Of a stretch of 64,000 nt of DNA, positions 63,001 to 64,000 are shown in pieces. The DNA is from Octopus sinensis (taxonomy: Eukaryota). The number at the start of each line of letters is the position of its first letter. The stretch's first letter is position 1. The notes below the pieces were generated by a model. It worked only from the letters and a program-made list of their open reading frames with translations. It did no database searches and was not told where the DNA came from. Made by a program: the position numbers and the translations under genes. Location of the stretch: the NCBI RefSeq assembly GCF_006345805.1, contig NC_043000.1, forward strand, positions 66,154,001-66,218,000, in the 5' to 3' direction.

Positions 63001-64000
63001 CATTTACACCAGCCATATCTGGCCAAAATAATCTACCTATATTATCTTCAAACTGGCCAGATCTGGCCTTCCACACTTACTGTCAATATTATTCTAAAAA
63101 TAAATAGTCACATTATTGAAATCCCAAAGCTACAAGGTTAAATATGGCTAAAATCATATCAATGTGAATTACATTTGACAGAGAAATCTGAAGGCTAAAG
63201 GGTTAAAAAAATATATGCCATCTGTAGCACTTATTTTATATTTCAAATAGTTCCATAGATAAAATTATCCTACAAAATAATACATTTACAAAAATACTGA
63301 ATGAAGTCATTTTGAGGTTTGATAAACAGTAATTTCAATAAGAAGTCAGTCAATGAAATGTTTGATAAAAGTAATGCCATGATTTCAAAGCTATACTGTA
63401 CTACAGAATATAAATGTAGATTTTTAGCCAACACCATGTATATAAAATACATCTTTATATATATATCCTTGTGGATATTTACATCAGTCTATGTATATAT
63501 ATATATAGTGTTGGTTAAAAATCTGTAGATGTATTCTGTACAACACAGAAATAAAACACAGTCAACACAGTAATAATTCATAAATCCAATTAACTATCAA
63601 CAATGTGTTACATATCCACATTGGTCAATCCAATTTATTTAAATTTCAGTAACTGTGGGTCTATAAGCCGTGTGTCTATGGTCAGTTAGAAAGGATATTC
63701 AGTTATTCATGATACCCAATATAAGATTGAAACTAATCTAGATGAACCTCTTTTTTCTTCACTAAGATACAGTGTATAAAGGAAAGGTATTTACACCGGC
63801 GTCTATAAAATGTTAGCTAAAAAATCTATAAAAGTATTATGTAGTACAGTACATCAATAAAGAAAATTTAGATCAAAATTGCAATTTTTTTTCTGTAGTT
63901 AAGCAAAGCTGAATAATATCCTTCCTCTATTTAACATCACTTTAGTTGTGATAAATACCAATATTAGCAGATTAATCTGCTTCATAAAAAATGAGATAAT
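60100..64000 (-). other. Possible long 3' UTR of a minus-strand gene lying to the right of the window
   Basis: About 4 kb with almost no SINE/LINE copies, unlike the rest of the window. It is AT-rich, U-rich on the minus strand, and has minus-strand AATAAA sites at about 60619 and 60648. No coding exon seen. Confidence 0.3.

Overview
AT-rich, repeat-dense eukaryotic DNA. The SINE, RTE-LINE and Helitron content and the abundant (TA)n/(CA)n tracts point to an octopus-like cephalopod (inference). Almost all listed ORFs are spurious. Two real spliced protein-coding genes lie on the minus strand. One is a complete UMAD1 homologue: two coding exons at 41131-40946 and 38119-37802, 167 aa, with a probable non-coding first exon near 44.9 kb. 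The other is two internal exons of a GLCCI1/FAM117-family gene (17087-16986 and 1350-1129) that runs off the left edge. The pair has the same order and orientation as human UMAD1-GLCCI1. I found no dedicated conserved GLCCI1 5' exon, and the UMAD1 exon-2 donor is in phase with the GLCCI1 acceptor. The rest is transposon debris: about 20 copies of a tRNA-derived SINE including a young head-to-head inverted pair, RTE LINE pieces with a PHD-like finger inside the RT, an R4/Dong-like LINE, Helitrons, a Copia gag relic, Tc1/mariner, hAT and piggyBac MITEs, and Penelope-like relics with hammerhead-ribozyme-like motifs. CpG-rich and CpG-depleted zones alternate sharply. All calls are by eye, without database searches.
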